From Camelus dromedarius (Eukaryota), in NCBI RefSeq assembly GCF_036321535.1, contig NC_087436.1, positions 8,308,001-8,372,000 on the forward strand: a DNA stretch of 64,000 nt. The letters are read 5' to 3'. Position 1 is the stretch's first letter. Every line of letters begins with the position of its first letter. Under the pieces are notes generated by a model. It did not search any database. It was not told where the DNA came from and worked only from the letters and a program-made list of their open reading frames with translations. Positions 11,881-23,966 of the stretch are shown here, in pieces. The position numbers and the translations under genes are program-made.

Positions 11881-13435
11881 TGCTAAGCCCTGAGACTGGT
11901 GACATACTGAACGGAAGGGCCAGATTCAAACCTATACTGTGGGGCCCAGTATCTCTGTTCCTGGTCTCAATGCTACACCGACTTTTGTTTCTGGACTTTT
12001 AACTTTCCCATCTGTAATCACTTTAAAGACCAATGATTGAAATGTCACCCTATTTGTAAACCTTAAAATAGTCAGTATACACTAAAGAACTATTCTGTGC
12101 CCATCAAAAATGCCTAGTTTATTTTATAAAGTTTATATATCAAGGTTTTGAGATCATAGAGTGTCCAAAATCCACTCCTTTTTATCAATTTCTCACTATG
12201 ACATGGTTCCTAATGGTCAAGAATATATCTTAACATGTGCTGTTATCACCTTCATTATACTGAGTTCTTGGATATAGAGCTTACACAATTTTTTAAATAT
12301 CTAGGCAGTAACATAGCCTTGGCTTTGTGTTTTAGCAGCACATCACATGGTTATATTATTTTAAAATCATGATACAGTCAACATACAAAGTGTTTTTTTT
12401 CTTGGTCCCGTATCCAAGTATTATTACTAATTTTTCTTTGCTCCATTCTCATTTATTTACAAATATAATATGATTTTGCAGAATTTTGTTATATTGCTTG
12501 TATTGTTCCATAGCAATTAATATTTAAGTTTTCCACCTTTAAACACATTGATAGCCTGCTGTAGACTAGGTGTGTTTTTATGCGGCACCCAAATTCACAC
12601 TTCATTGCAGTGTGGTGCAGTAACAATACGTCATTATAACTAATCTGTTTGTGTTTCCAGTATAATTGGAATTCTTTTAAAAAACAATTTCTTATTTTTA
12701 ATTTTCAACCTCTTTGCAGTTTTATTTCTTCTTGGAATGGCATTATTCTGCATGGAATAAACTGTGCATAATTGGATGAAGGAAAGCATCACCATATCTG
12801 GGTGACAGGGGCCCCTGAGGAAACACAACTGCCACCCAGATTTGGATGACATGGCGATCAATATGTTAAAAAAAAATACACTGTACCTTGATTCTGTCAC
12901 TCACAAAATTGACAGCTGTCCCTTGGAGGTGAGAATCATCTGCGGATTTGACAAGAACTTGCCATGCTATCACTGAGATTATTGCTGACCATGCTGAATA
13001 GGATCGGAATTACATAGGACAGACCTCAAAATGAAGAATCATCTATTTTGGAGGTCTGATTATTTAAGCAGCAAGAGTTGTCTAAAATAAGCTCTGACGC
13101 TATGAATCCTCTACGTGCAGCTTATGTTCCAAGATAATACTGGCTCAGGGTTGTACTTTCTGGAACCGTGGTGGAGGCACAGGCCAAAGATTGGAACATC
13201 AGCATCTCTTCGGCATTCTGATGCTTACACGCGAGGAGACTGGCAGTCACCCTAACACTACAAGTTTTAGTTGTGTGTATTAATGATAAAATGATGGTCC
13301 CAAGTACATTATAGGCACGTTGTAAGCATTCTTGTACAATAACATTAGCCTTGTCCTCTATTGTCCTCATTTTATTAGTAGCAGCAGCTCTATCATAAAT
13401 CACATTCACTGAGTGCTTTCTATGGGAAAAACATG

Positions 13436-13722
13436 TTTGTTTGTTTGGTTGGTTGCTTTTTATTGACATATAGTCAATTTACAATGAGTCAGTTTCTGGG
13501 TTACAGCATAATGATTCAGTCATACGTATACATACATAAATTTGTTTTCATATTTTTTTCATTGTAAGTTACTACAAGATATTGAATGTAGCTCCCTGTG
13601 CTATACAATAGAAATTCGTTTATCTCTTTTATATATAGCAGTTTGTATCTGCAATATTAAACTCCCAATTTATCCCTTCCCACTCCCTTTTCCCCCAGTA
13701 ACTGTAAGTTTGCTTTCTACAT
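13436..13722 (-). mobile_element. Young artiodactyl-type L1 3' end inserted in a MIR
   Basis: tttattgacatatagtcaatttacaat...ctccctgtgctataca...ctcccaatttatccc. MIR-like flanks at ~13400-13430 and ~13735-13890. Confidence 0.88.
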
Positions 13723-13972
13723 CTGTTTGTTTTTTATTTGATCCTTTTAATAAGCCTATGGGGTATGTACTGGTATCGCAAATACACCCCATCGTTTTAA
13801 AAAGAGGAAATAGAAGCCCAATGAAATTAAACACATTGTTAGTTATTGACAAAGTTTAGTTTAGGAATGAGTTCTCACTTGAAACATTATGCTATTCTAT
13901 AAAACATAATGGATTTGAAAACCCTTTGTTAAGGTGTAAAATTTGGCAAACCTAAAGCATTATGCTCCTGAA

Positions 13973-14032
13973 TAGAATGTAATTAAATACACTGCTATGG
14001 TTTAGAATGTAATTAAATACACTGCTATGGTT
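13973..14032. repeat. Perfect 30-bp tandem duplication
   Basis: tagaatgtaattaaatacactgctatggtt x2. Confidence 0.95.
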
Positions 14033-14119
14033 TGACACCAATTTTTATTAGATTACTTTATCCTTTTCTTTCTTTTGTTAAGAGATTATACTTAATTCTA
14101 TTAATCAATGTGAAAATCT

Positions 14120-15040
14120 CACTTAAATGAAAGCTCTCTGATAAAATTAAAACTGCATTAATAAAATGAAAGCTCTGGAAAAAAATTCCAAAGAAGCAAT
14201 AGAGCAATTTTCATTAAGTAATAATAGAGTGGCAAACTGATAAAGATTTAGAAGATGCAACAAATAGTAATATGACTAGAAATGGCTGATGAATATGGAA
14301 AAAAGATCAACTTCATCAATGCAAACATTGAAAATTTAATTACATAAAGTATGCAAACATTTAATAAGTGTGATAAATACTATTATCCAAGGAAGATTAA
14401 GGCAGAAATTCACATTACCCTCAGATAAATTTGAAACAAGTCCAAACTTTCTTTAAAAAATAATGTAATGATAAAATTATATCACATATTTTTGTCACAT
14501 ATTTTTGTCACATATTTTATTCAGTTATTTCGACCTCCAATAATTCAGTTACATAATATAAATTGTGGTCAAAGATGCATGCTTACAAATATTCATTAGA
14601 TTGCTACATATCATTTCACCAAAGTTAAAACAATTAACTATTTAAAAGTATGAAAATGGGATTAAGAAATTATATCGTAGTCTTCAAATAGAATATTGTA
14701 CTTCCATCCAACAATAAATCTCTATGAATATATAATAACCCTGGAATATGTTTAAATTGTTAAGGATAAAAGCAGGCAGCAAAATATATAACAATGCCCA
14801 TCCTTTTGACATTGTTAAGATGCCATTGCTCCCAGCTTGATTTATAGATTAAACACCATTCCAGTAAGCTATTGGGCAGATATTGACAAAATGATGGAAA
14901 CTTTATATGGACAGGCAAAGATCTTGAATAGTCAACATAATCCTGAAGAAGGAAAAGTAAATTGGAAGGCGTAGACTACCCAGTTTTAAGACCACACACA
15001 AAGCTACAGTAACATGGCATTAGTAAAAGAACAGACCAGA
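14120..15040 (+). mobile_element. Old L1 fragments (3' region, then an ORF2 piece)
   Basis: aaaagatcaacttcatcaatgcaaa..., atagattaaacaccattcca, aaagctacagtaa. Confidence 0.65.
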
Positions 15041-15408
15041 GGAAGGCTTCAGCCAAAGTCCCCAAAAAGACCCCCAGCTGAAGACACCTGCATTCCTGGA
15101 CTGCATTCTATTTGTCCATGGGGCATAACTTGTGTGTGTGCATTTTGTGATTCCAGCTTTTTTATATTTGTGTTCATGAATGGCGTTAGTCTGTAGCTTT
15201 CCTTTTTGTAATGTCTTTTTATCTGCTTTTCACCAGTAATATTGACTTCATACGTGAGTTAGGAAGTGCATTTCTGGAGATTATGGAGAAACTGTGTTAT
15301 TTCTTTCATAAACATGAGGTGGATTCACTAGTGACATCATCTGGGCCTAGTGTTTTCTTTGGTGAAGGTTATTAATTATTGATTCCATTTCTGTAACAGA
15401 GATAGAGC

Positions 15409-16086
15409 TGTCAGGAGCCCAGCTAAGCTGGGGAGAGAGCAAGACAGCCAGGTGTCAGAATCCTCAATTAAAGCAACAACATGCCAAAATGAAAGTAGGC
15501 ACCAGTGATGTCTTTAATCACTCACTGAGTGCGATAGGCTAAACCCAGACGCAATGCCTACGCTTCCCCGTTCCGTTTTCCCCTGTGAGTCAGTGAGTCG
15601 GTTCAGGGGCGGATGTATCAGCACAGAGGATGGGGTCAGCTCACTCTCACGGGAGACAAAGCCAAGGACTCCTGTAGTTTTATGGACCCTGAGGTTGGAG
15701 AGAGGAAACGGGGTGGCGTGGTGATTAGGAGTAGAAAATTACTGAGTGCTGAATCAGAGTGAGGAAAAGGGTCTTCAAGTCCACCTCCCCTTAAGAAGGA
15801 GGCCTGAGCACAGGCACCTGAGGAAGGTCCCAGCCAAACCCCCAGGTAAAGAGATGGCCAACTGAAGACACGTGGGCTGGGAAGGCAGCTGCACATAAGA
15901 GCGTCGCCAGTCAGCAGGGCCATAGCTCTTGACTGCAGTGCTTTTCAGAAGCTGCGACTCATTGTCTCTGCATCGAGTTCAAAGGCCAGCTTTCCCCCGA
16001 GACCTGCCAGGTAAAGCCTTTGTAATTAATTGCCTATGGGCAGGCTTGAAAAATCACATTAGATTGCCCAGGAGCCAGGCTTCTTA
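15409..16086 (-). mobile_element. Solo LTR (ERVL-like, 5-bp TSD) inserted in L1
   Basis: TSD agagc at 15404-15408 and 16087-16091. Left end TGTCAGG. ATTAAA and ccataaaac on the minus strand. L1 resumes in register after the TSD. Confidence 0.8.
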
Positions 16087-18201
16087 AGAGCTGCTCAGGG
16101 TATCTATATTTCCTTGTATGAGTTTTGGTAGATTGTGCCTTTCAGGAAATTAGTTGGTCCATCTCATCTAAGTTGTCAAATTTGCAGGCATAGGCTTGTT
16201 CAGGGTATTCCTTTATAACCCCGTTACTTTTCCTGAGATCATTATTAATGACCCCTGTTATTTCTGCTATTGCTAATATGTATCTTTCTCATATTCCTTG
16301 GTAGTCTGACTAAAGCCTTATTAAATGTATCGATTTTTTTCCATAAATGCATATTAGACAGTGTTGATTGGTGCTGTTCAGGTCATGTCCACCTTTAGTG
16401 ATTTTTTTTTCTGCCTCCTTGATCTAACCATAGTGATAGGAATGCACACGACTCCAGTGGATGTATTTCTCTCTCTCCTATCAATTTTGCCTCCTATTTT
16501 GAAGCTGTGTTGTCAGGAGCATCAGTGTTTAGGATTGTGATGTCTTTTTGGAGAATCGGCATCTTAATCATTGTGTAACGCCCCTTTTGTGTTTTCCATC
16601 TTCTGAAGTCTGATATGTTTGAAATTAACACAGAGACTCCAGCTTTACTTTATTGCTCCCATGGTAAATGTTCCTCTGTCACTTTACTTTTAACCTAAGT
16701 CTTTATCTTTAAAGTGGGTTTTTGTAGAACGTATATAATTGGATATACAATTGGATCTTGTGAGTTTTTTTAAATAGACTCTAACAACTTCTGTCTTTTA
16801 TATGGTGTAGTTAGATCACTCATTTTAAAGCAGTTGTTGATATAGTTAGTCTCATATTTGTCATGTTTGTGTTTTCTGTGAGTTATATTTGTCATTTTTT
16901 ATATGATATTATTTTATATCCTCTCTTAGCATATCCATTTTACTTTGTAATTTTTTGGTGCTGTTCCAAAGCTTACAGTAAGCATTTTAAACTAAACTAA
17001 ACCTACCTTCACAAAGCACCGACTCACAGAAAGTGCCGGTACTTTTCACCAGAGTATTCCCAGTTCCTCCCTCCCATCTCAGGCGACATTTACTGCCACT
17101 TGCTTTACTAATCTATGCACTATAATCACCTACACAGTGGCACCTACACAACGCTTAAACAAAGCGTTGTCTTCTGTATCAGATAGATAAAAGAAAACAT
17201 ATTTTTTATCTTCACTTATGGCTTCTCCAATGCTCTTCTTTTTATTTACCCAAGTTTCTGACCTACATCACTTTTCTTCTTCCTGAAGGATTTCTATTAA
17301 CATTTCTTGTGGGGCAAGTCTGCTGAAGATGAATTCCTTCAGTTTTTGTTTGTTTGGAAAAGAAATTATTTCACCTCACTTTGTAGGATAATTTTACTTA
17401 ATAGAAAATTTTGGGTTGGTGGGGTTTTTTCTTTCAACACTTGAAATGTTTCCATCTATTCTCATGCTTTCTAGTGATGAGTCTATAGTAATTCTTATCC
17501 TCATTTCTCTATATAGAAGGTGCTTTATTTTATTTTACTTTTTTTGGCCTGGCTTTTTACAATCTTTGTGTTTTGTTTTCCTTCTGTTTGAATATACCAA
17601 TGTGTGTTTCTCTTTGGTGTTCGCTTTTGTTTTGGTATTTATTCTGCTTACTGTTCTCTGTGCTTCCTGAATCTGTGGTCTGTCGTGTGCCATCACATCC
17701 AATATTTCTTCTCTCTTTTTTCTCTTTCTGGCATTCCTATCCCATTCACACAATGCCTTTTGACGTTGTCCCACAGTTCCTGGATGTTCTGCTCTATTTT
17801 ATTCATTTTTTTATCTCTTTGAATTTCAGTTTGGAATGTTCCTATTGACCTATTTTCAAGCTCACTGATTCTTCCTTAGCCCTGAGAAAGCTGTTGCTTA
17901 GGCCATCAAAGGAATTCTTCATTTGACAGTGTTTCTTACTTCCATTGTATTCCTTTGATCTTTTCTTAGAGTTTCTATATTTATGCTTTCATACCCACTT
18001 GTTTTTGCATGTCCCCTGTTTTCTGTTAGAGCATTTAGTATATTAATCTTAGTTATTTTCATCTTAGTTTAAGTTCCCAGTCTGATCCCCACATCTGCAT
18101 ATCTGGGTCTGGTTCTGTTCCTTTGCCTCCTTGGCCATGCCTATCCTTGTGTTCTGCCATGTCTTCCAATGTTTTGTTGAAAACTGGGCATAGGTACCTA
18201 A

Positions 18202-18628
18202 GGATAAAGAGTCTTTCCTTAGCCAAACTTCAGTCATGCTCCTCTGAATCCTCTTCCAAACTAGCCCTACCCTTTTGGACTTCCACTGCCCAACGTTAGC
18301 AAGAACCCTGTTAAGTGTAGCCAGAATCCCCCACCCTCCACATCTGACCAAATTCCTCATCATCCTCACCACCCCTCAGGTGATTTCTTATTACCCTGGC
18401 CTGACTTCGACAAGAATCCTACTAGGTTGAGCCAGAATCTCACTCCCCACCATACTCTTAATATGTCCTCTTAGTAATTTTCCATCCATAAATCAGCCAT
18501 TTGGTGATCAATGTCTACATTTCGTTGTTGTATTAAAAATTGAGTCTTGTTCTAACTTGAGGTTTCATTCATGAATAAAATCTGTTTTTCTCACTTTGAC
18601 TATTGTCCAGTTCTGGTTTTCTTGGACA
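18202..18628 (+). mobile_element. ERV1 solo LTR, MER31/MER67-like
   Basis: ccaaacttcagtcatgctcctctga, repeated aagaa(c/t)cct...agccagaatc motif, aataaa, ends tggaca. Confidence 0.75.
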
Positions 18629-20849
18629 CTGGTAATAGGAACCGAGTTAAATAGGCCTTTCAGTGTAAGGTTTTTTGAAAACCTGGCCAGGAGATAGGCT
18701 GTGATGTTTTTTGCTGTAGCTGTCGGTACCAGGGAGCTTCAGTCTCCTCAGTGCCCTTGCTTTTGTCTTTTATCTTGGCTTTGTCTTTTGAAAGTCTCCC
18801 TCCTCCGAAGGAGTCTCTGTTGAAGAACTTTCCCACCTGTGATGCAGTGTTGCACTGATGCTCTATTACTGTAGGGAAAGGAGTTTGAAAGGAGATCATT
18901 CTCCAATCTCTAAATCAAATCACAGTATTTACGTGGCCCTATGAATCAAGGCTATGATTTTCCCAAGTATTTCTTCGGTGTTATAGTTTTGTTTGGTATT
19001 TTTCCCATGGTTACCTTGTTGCCAACCCAGTTCCTTGCAGCCCTGACCCCTGCTGATTCCTTTTTCCCTTTGAACTGTAAGAAGAAGGCTAAAAGGGCTG
19101 GGCTGGGAGGAATTCCCTTCCCTCAGCTGTCAACAAACCCTGCCCAAATTTTTTCACTTAAATTAAATCCTTTGTTATGGAGAAAACTCTTGACAGATTT
19201 CATAATGATTACCTTTCCTTTTCACCTGCCAAAGCCAAAAAGGGATCTTTCTTAGATCTTCACCATGGGAATCTGGTGAGGTTCCTACGAGATAAAACAG
19301 ACAAAAAAGTTTGGGGCCCTTGAAGACAAAAGCCCCCAGAAGTTTGTCACTCTCATATCAATCTATACACAACCTCCAACAATGATCGAAATTCCCAGTC
19401 TAGTGTTCCCAACTATTTAGGGCTCCTGTAGCTTTAATTCCAGGTGAACAAATCTGGGGTATTTCGCTCAGGATGTACCAGTTTCTTCCTATTTTCTTCT
19501 GGCAGTTTTCCTTGCAAATTTAGTTCTCTGAGTCCAAGAAAACTCACTGATTTTTGGTTTCTCCAAGGTTTTCTCATTGTAGAAATGTGTATGTTGTCTA
19601 CCAAGCTCTTCAAATAAAGCTTAACTTCATTTTTTCTTATAGGTTGCCTCTTGCCGATTCCATTTTTTGTTTACTCTCCCTAGTCAAGAACTTATTTTTA
19701 ATACATTTTTTTGGTTTTCTGAAGTATCTTAATATTATCTAGACGTCTCTAGATTTTTTGATTATCTATTAACTTACATAGTCAAAATTAACTTAATATT
19801 CATGGAACTAAGATTATATAATAGTGGATGCTGTAATGCAGACCTGATTTTTGCATTTCCATTGGCAAAGAGTTGTACTGCATGTAAGTAAAGCAAACAC
19901 TTATCTATATGACATGATTTCACTGACCTCTGGGAAGATACTGTAATTCCAAAGTAACTTTTCTCCAACTGATATTTGAAATCCCTTTAACAAGAGATCA
20001 ATCTTTTATATACCACAGCGAGAAATAAGACTTTAGATATCTCCTGAGAGAAGTAATATCTTGAGTTCAATTCTTCTTGGGTAGAATTAAATAACAAGTC
20101 CTTTGCAGGCACTAAAACCTTGAAAAGAAAAAGTAATGGATCAGATAAGCTGGGGAAAAAAAGGAACAAAAATATAAACCTGGTGTGAAGAAAGTCTGAA
20201 TGTGTCCCAGCTTTCATTTAAAACACCAAATCTACAGCTTGATGAAGGAAGATGTCTTAGAGTTGAAGAACAGAAAGCCAGGTAGAACTTGCCCATAGAA
20301 AGATTGTCAATCACTGCCTGATGGAAAATCACTAACAGCACTGAACAGAAACTCAGTGACCATTTATTTCATCCCCATAAGCAGAAAGAGCTCTGGAGAG
20401 CGTAAGGGAATCACTCAATATCACAGAGATAATTAGTAGCAAATAGGGAACTAAAAAATATTAACACTTCATCTTTTGCTAACATTTAGTTTTGTAATAT
20501 ACAGTAAAAACTTGTTCACTTTGAGATTTTTTTAAATTAAATGATAACAAAACATAATAAAATCACAAAAGCAGGATGTTATAAAATATATTTCTCATCT
20601 TAATGTCTTGGGCTCTGAAATCTTAAAAGGGCCGATTTGAATTCTGGCCTTGAATTATTTATCTTGCATAATAGCCTGTTTCAGAATGATGGGTTGAACA
20701 TATAACTCAGTAGCCCCCTGCCTACTTAAATGTGTGATACTGAAAGAAAAAAAATTTTTTTTGAATATGTTAAGCTTTTGTTGGAAAGCTAGAAATGAAA
20801 TGCTCAGTGGACAAGAAATTTCAAGGAATATCAGAAATAAAATAAATGG

Positions 20850-22030
20850 CATGTTACTGAATAGGAAACTCAAAGTGGTAAAGGCTTGAAAGAAAAGTGT
20901 GTATGATCAATATGGAGTGTCAGAGAACAAATTTCCCTTCCCATTTGAAATAACAACAAAATAAACCGTAAATGTAGACAATTCAATGGAAAATTTATCT
21001 TATAAATAACTGGTTCAGGGAAAGTTAGATTTCCATATACTGAAGAATAAACTGTGACCTGTATCTCATACTTCATTGAAAATTTAAATCAAAATGGGTC
21101 TTAGACCTAAATGTGAAGCTAAAACTTCTAAAAGAAAACATGGGAAAAAATCTTTGCGAGCGTGATTTAGGCAAAGAATGTTTTGATACAGCACCCAATA
21201 GATGATTAATTAAGAAAGGTAATTTGGAATTTATCTAAGCTAAAAACTGCTACCTTTTGAAAAGACACTGTTAAAATAATAGACATGCCACAGACCAGAA
21301 GAAAACACTTGCAAATGTCACACTTGGAAAAGGATTTTTATCTAAAATATATAAAGAACTTTTAATATTCAGTAATGAGAAAACAAGCAATCCAATTAAA
21401 AAGTGGGAAAATGATTTCAACTGACACTTCAGCAAACACATAAGAACAGCAAATAAGACACACACAAAAAAGCTTAATATAATTATTTATTAGAAAAATA
21501 CAAATTAAAACCACATACTCTATTCCAGTTAGAATGTCCAAAGTTTAAAGGGCTTACCATACAAACTAAGATGTGCCATAAATCAACATGTGATATACTG
21601 TATATGAGAATGTAACATTCTATAGTGCCTTTGGAAGGCATTTATGTGAAATTCTACACTAAAATATAGTGGCATGAAGAACAATGGTCATCTTGGTCAT
21701 CTTGGGATGGGGCTCGTGAAGCTGAGATTATGTAGTGAACAGATTTGATTTTGTTCATGAAGCTATCTTGTTCAACTCTCATAATAAATAGTAACTGTAT
21801 AGCATTTGGATAATGGGCTTGCAAGACATAATAGACCTGATCATTTGTGGTCTGGATGTGTACGCCTTCTTAATATAATCATAATCATGAAGGGGTAGGT
21901 GGAAATACAAATGTAAGCAAACTTTTGGGGGTGATGGATGTGTTTATTATCTCGTTCATAGTGTTGATTTCATATGGACTGAATATCAAAGTGCACATAT
22001 AAACCATGTATGGTTCAGTTCGTGTCAATT
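20850..22030 (+). mobile_element. Old L1 (L1M) ORF2 end and 3' UTR with an internal replacement at ~21641-21900
   Basis: ttagacctaaatgtgaagctaaaac, aatccaattaaaaagtggg, and 3' end acttttgggggtgatgga...tgtcaatta. Confidence 0.85.
21726..21885 (-). repeat. Copy B of the 160-bp inverted duplication (partner 9206-9365)
   Basis: Reverse complement matches 9206-9365 at 134/160, ungapped. Confidence 0.9.
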
Positions 22031-22321
22031 AAATTTTAAAATTTTCTTTTGAAAATTGCACAGGAACTGTAAAATTTATAGTTGTTTGGTTATGACTCAG
22101 AAAACTTGAACCATTCATAGCTTCAACAAATGAAGGTTTAATCTGTTTTTTTTTCCAAGATAAGAATTTCAGGGTCTCATGGCCTCCTTAATGTGGGAGA
22201 CTTCTTAAAAGTTTTTTATTCAGCTGTTACTAGTGGTGGGTCTTTTCCTCATATGCTCTGGGTTGCACCTCTATCTCTAGGAATCAAGAACACGTCACAG
22301 GCAGTTCAAAAAATTAAAGTA

Positions 22322-23278
22322 CGGATCTTCCTCAATTTATAGTGGGATTATCTCCTGATAAACCCATTGTAAGTTGAAAATATCATGAATTCAAAAATGC
22401 ATTTAATACATCCAGCCTCCTGAACAGCATAGCTTACTCTAGCTGACCTTAAATGTGCTCAGAACACTTACATTAGCCTACAGCTGGGCGAAATCATCTA
22501 ACACAAAGCCTATTTTATAATAAAAAGGGTTGGATATCTCATGCAATTGACTGAATACAAGTGAGTACTGAAAGTGAAAAACAGAGTGGTTGTCTAGGCA
22601 CAGAACAGTTGTAAGTGTACCCATCGTGTATCCTCATATACTGACTGGGAGCTGAGTCTCACAGCCCCACCCAGCACAGGGAGAGAGCATCCCACTACGT
22701 GTTGCTGAGACAGGCTGGGACCTGGGATCCTACACTTCAGTGCTCACATTTGGACAAATGTTTCTCTCCTCCGGCAACAGAACACAAAGAAACTCTAAGG
22801 GACTAAAAATAATCTGTGTGCATGCCATTTGGGACAAATTGTGAACAAGATACAAAAAGATCAAAACCCCAACTGCCATTTCTGAGGTGCCCAGAGCAAA
22901 AGCAAGGTACTGAGCATGATTTCTGCACAACACACCACCAAGAGGGCGGGCAGACACCTGAGCACAGTCCCTGACCCACTCCTACCCTCACCCCATATAA
23001 GGGAGCAGCTCGCCCCCTGTCATGGATTGAGCAAGGGAACCTGTTACTTTTTGCTCCCTTGTGCTGCAGCATGAGTCCAAAGAAAGTCTTGCCTGAATTT
23101 CTCTTATCAATTTCTATTGATGGCAGCATCCAAGAACCCAGGTCAGTTTCTTTGCTAGTCAGGGAAAAGATCAAAATTCAAAATCTGAAGTACAGTTTCT
23201 ACTGACTGCATATCTCTTTCATAACATCATAAAGTAAAAAACTCATAATTCAAACCATTTTATGCTGGGCATCATCTG
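22322..23278 (+). mobile_element. TcMar-Tigger non-autonomous DNA transposon (Tigger5/MER47-like)
   Basis: gataaacccattgtaagttgaaaatatc...gctcagaacacttacattagcctacagctgggcgaaatcatctaacacaaagcc...gaagtacagtttctactga...catctg. Preceded by TA. Confidence 0.9.
22706..23151 (+). mobile_element. ERV1 solo LTR (artiodactyl MER41-like) nested in the Tigger element
   Basis: TGAGACAGGCTGGGACC start, ccatataag TATA, ccaagaaccc near the end. TSD ttgc at 22702-22705 and 23152-23155. Confidence 0.85.
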
Positions 23279-23912
23279 GAAATGAAAAAACAAGACACCT
23301 GTACCAGCCGACCCTATTTTAAACAGACTTTCCTGTGTCTGTATAGCTCTTTGGCCAAAAGCTTGTCTGATGGCAATCACTCTCAAAAGAGAGAGTCTGT
23401 GAAATATAGTTTTCATTTTCTCTGTTTATCTTTATCCATTGCCTCTCCAAACTAAATTGAAGTTTGCTTTTTTTTTTTTAATAGCTTCTATTAGTAATGA
23501 AGAAAGCTAGGATGGATATGAGATTGATCACTGGCAGTGGGTGCCTGAGGCACCAACAGTCCTTTTCATAAGTAGGTGTGGATACAAGAGAGAGAAAAGG
23601 TCTCAAGATGGATAATATTAAAGCATATACAGTATGATTTCCGGAGAGTCGGCCCTTCATGCTCAATTCCCATCCGCCTCAGTCCTGACAGGAGTTATAA
23701 GTGTGCACATCACACAGAGGTGAGACGGCTATGTGAGTGGGGTGGAAGAAAAAGGGCAGTGTCTCCTGTAGCCTCCCTACATGAAGGGTAAATGCCGCAT
23801 CCCCACCCGAGAGCAAAGTACCCCTCACGGGAAATGCAACCCCTGATCTTATTTCTTATTTTAAAAAAGCCAGAATACATACCAAATAGAAGACATCACC
23901 TTTCCACCCCGT

Positions 23913-23966
23913 GCCCCCAAATTTATGTCAGAGGTTTGAGCCCCCAAATTTATGTCAGAGGTTTGA
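23913..23966. repeat. Perfect 27-bp tandem duplication
   Basis: gcccccaaatttatgtcagaggtttga x2. Confidence 0.95.

Larger units (their letters stand above)
15135..19620 (-). mobile_element. Large old L1 (5' region/ORF1/ORF2), interrupted by two solo LTRs
   Basis: Minus-strand L1 segments (tatttgtgttcatga, ctagtgacatcatctgggcct, ttttcaagctcactgattctt). T-rich strand bias. Confidence 0.85.
22080..23420 (-). mobile_element. Old MaLR (MLT1-like) LTR split by a Tigger insertion
   Basis: MLT1-like pieces at ~22080-22310 and ~23280-23420 flank the DNA transposon. Confidence 0.4.

Noticed and set aside
11450..11929. 159-aa ORF
   Set aside because: Lies in MaLR internal sequence and has no recognisable protein similarity
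14800..15400. Opposite-orientation L1 pieces suggesting a twin-priming inversion
   Set aside because: Fragment order and the lack of a shared TSD or polyA do not fit. More likely independent fragments.
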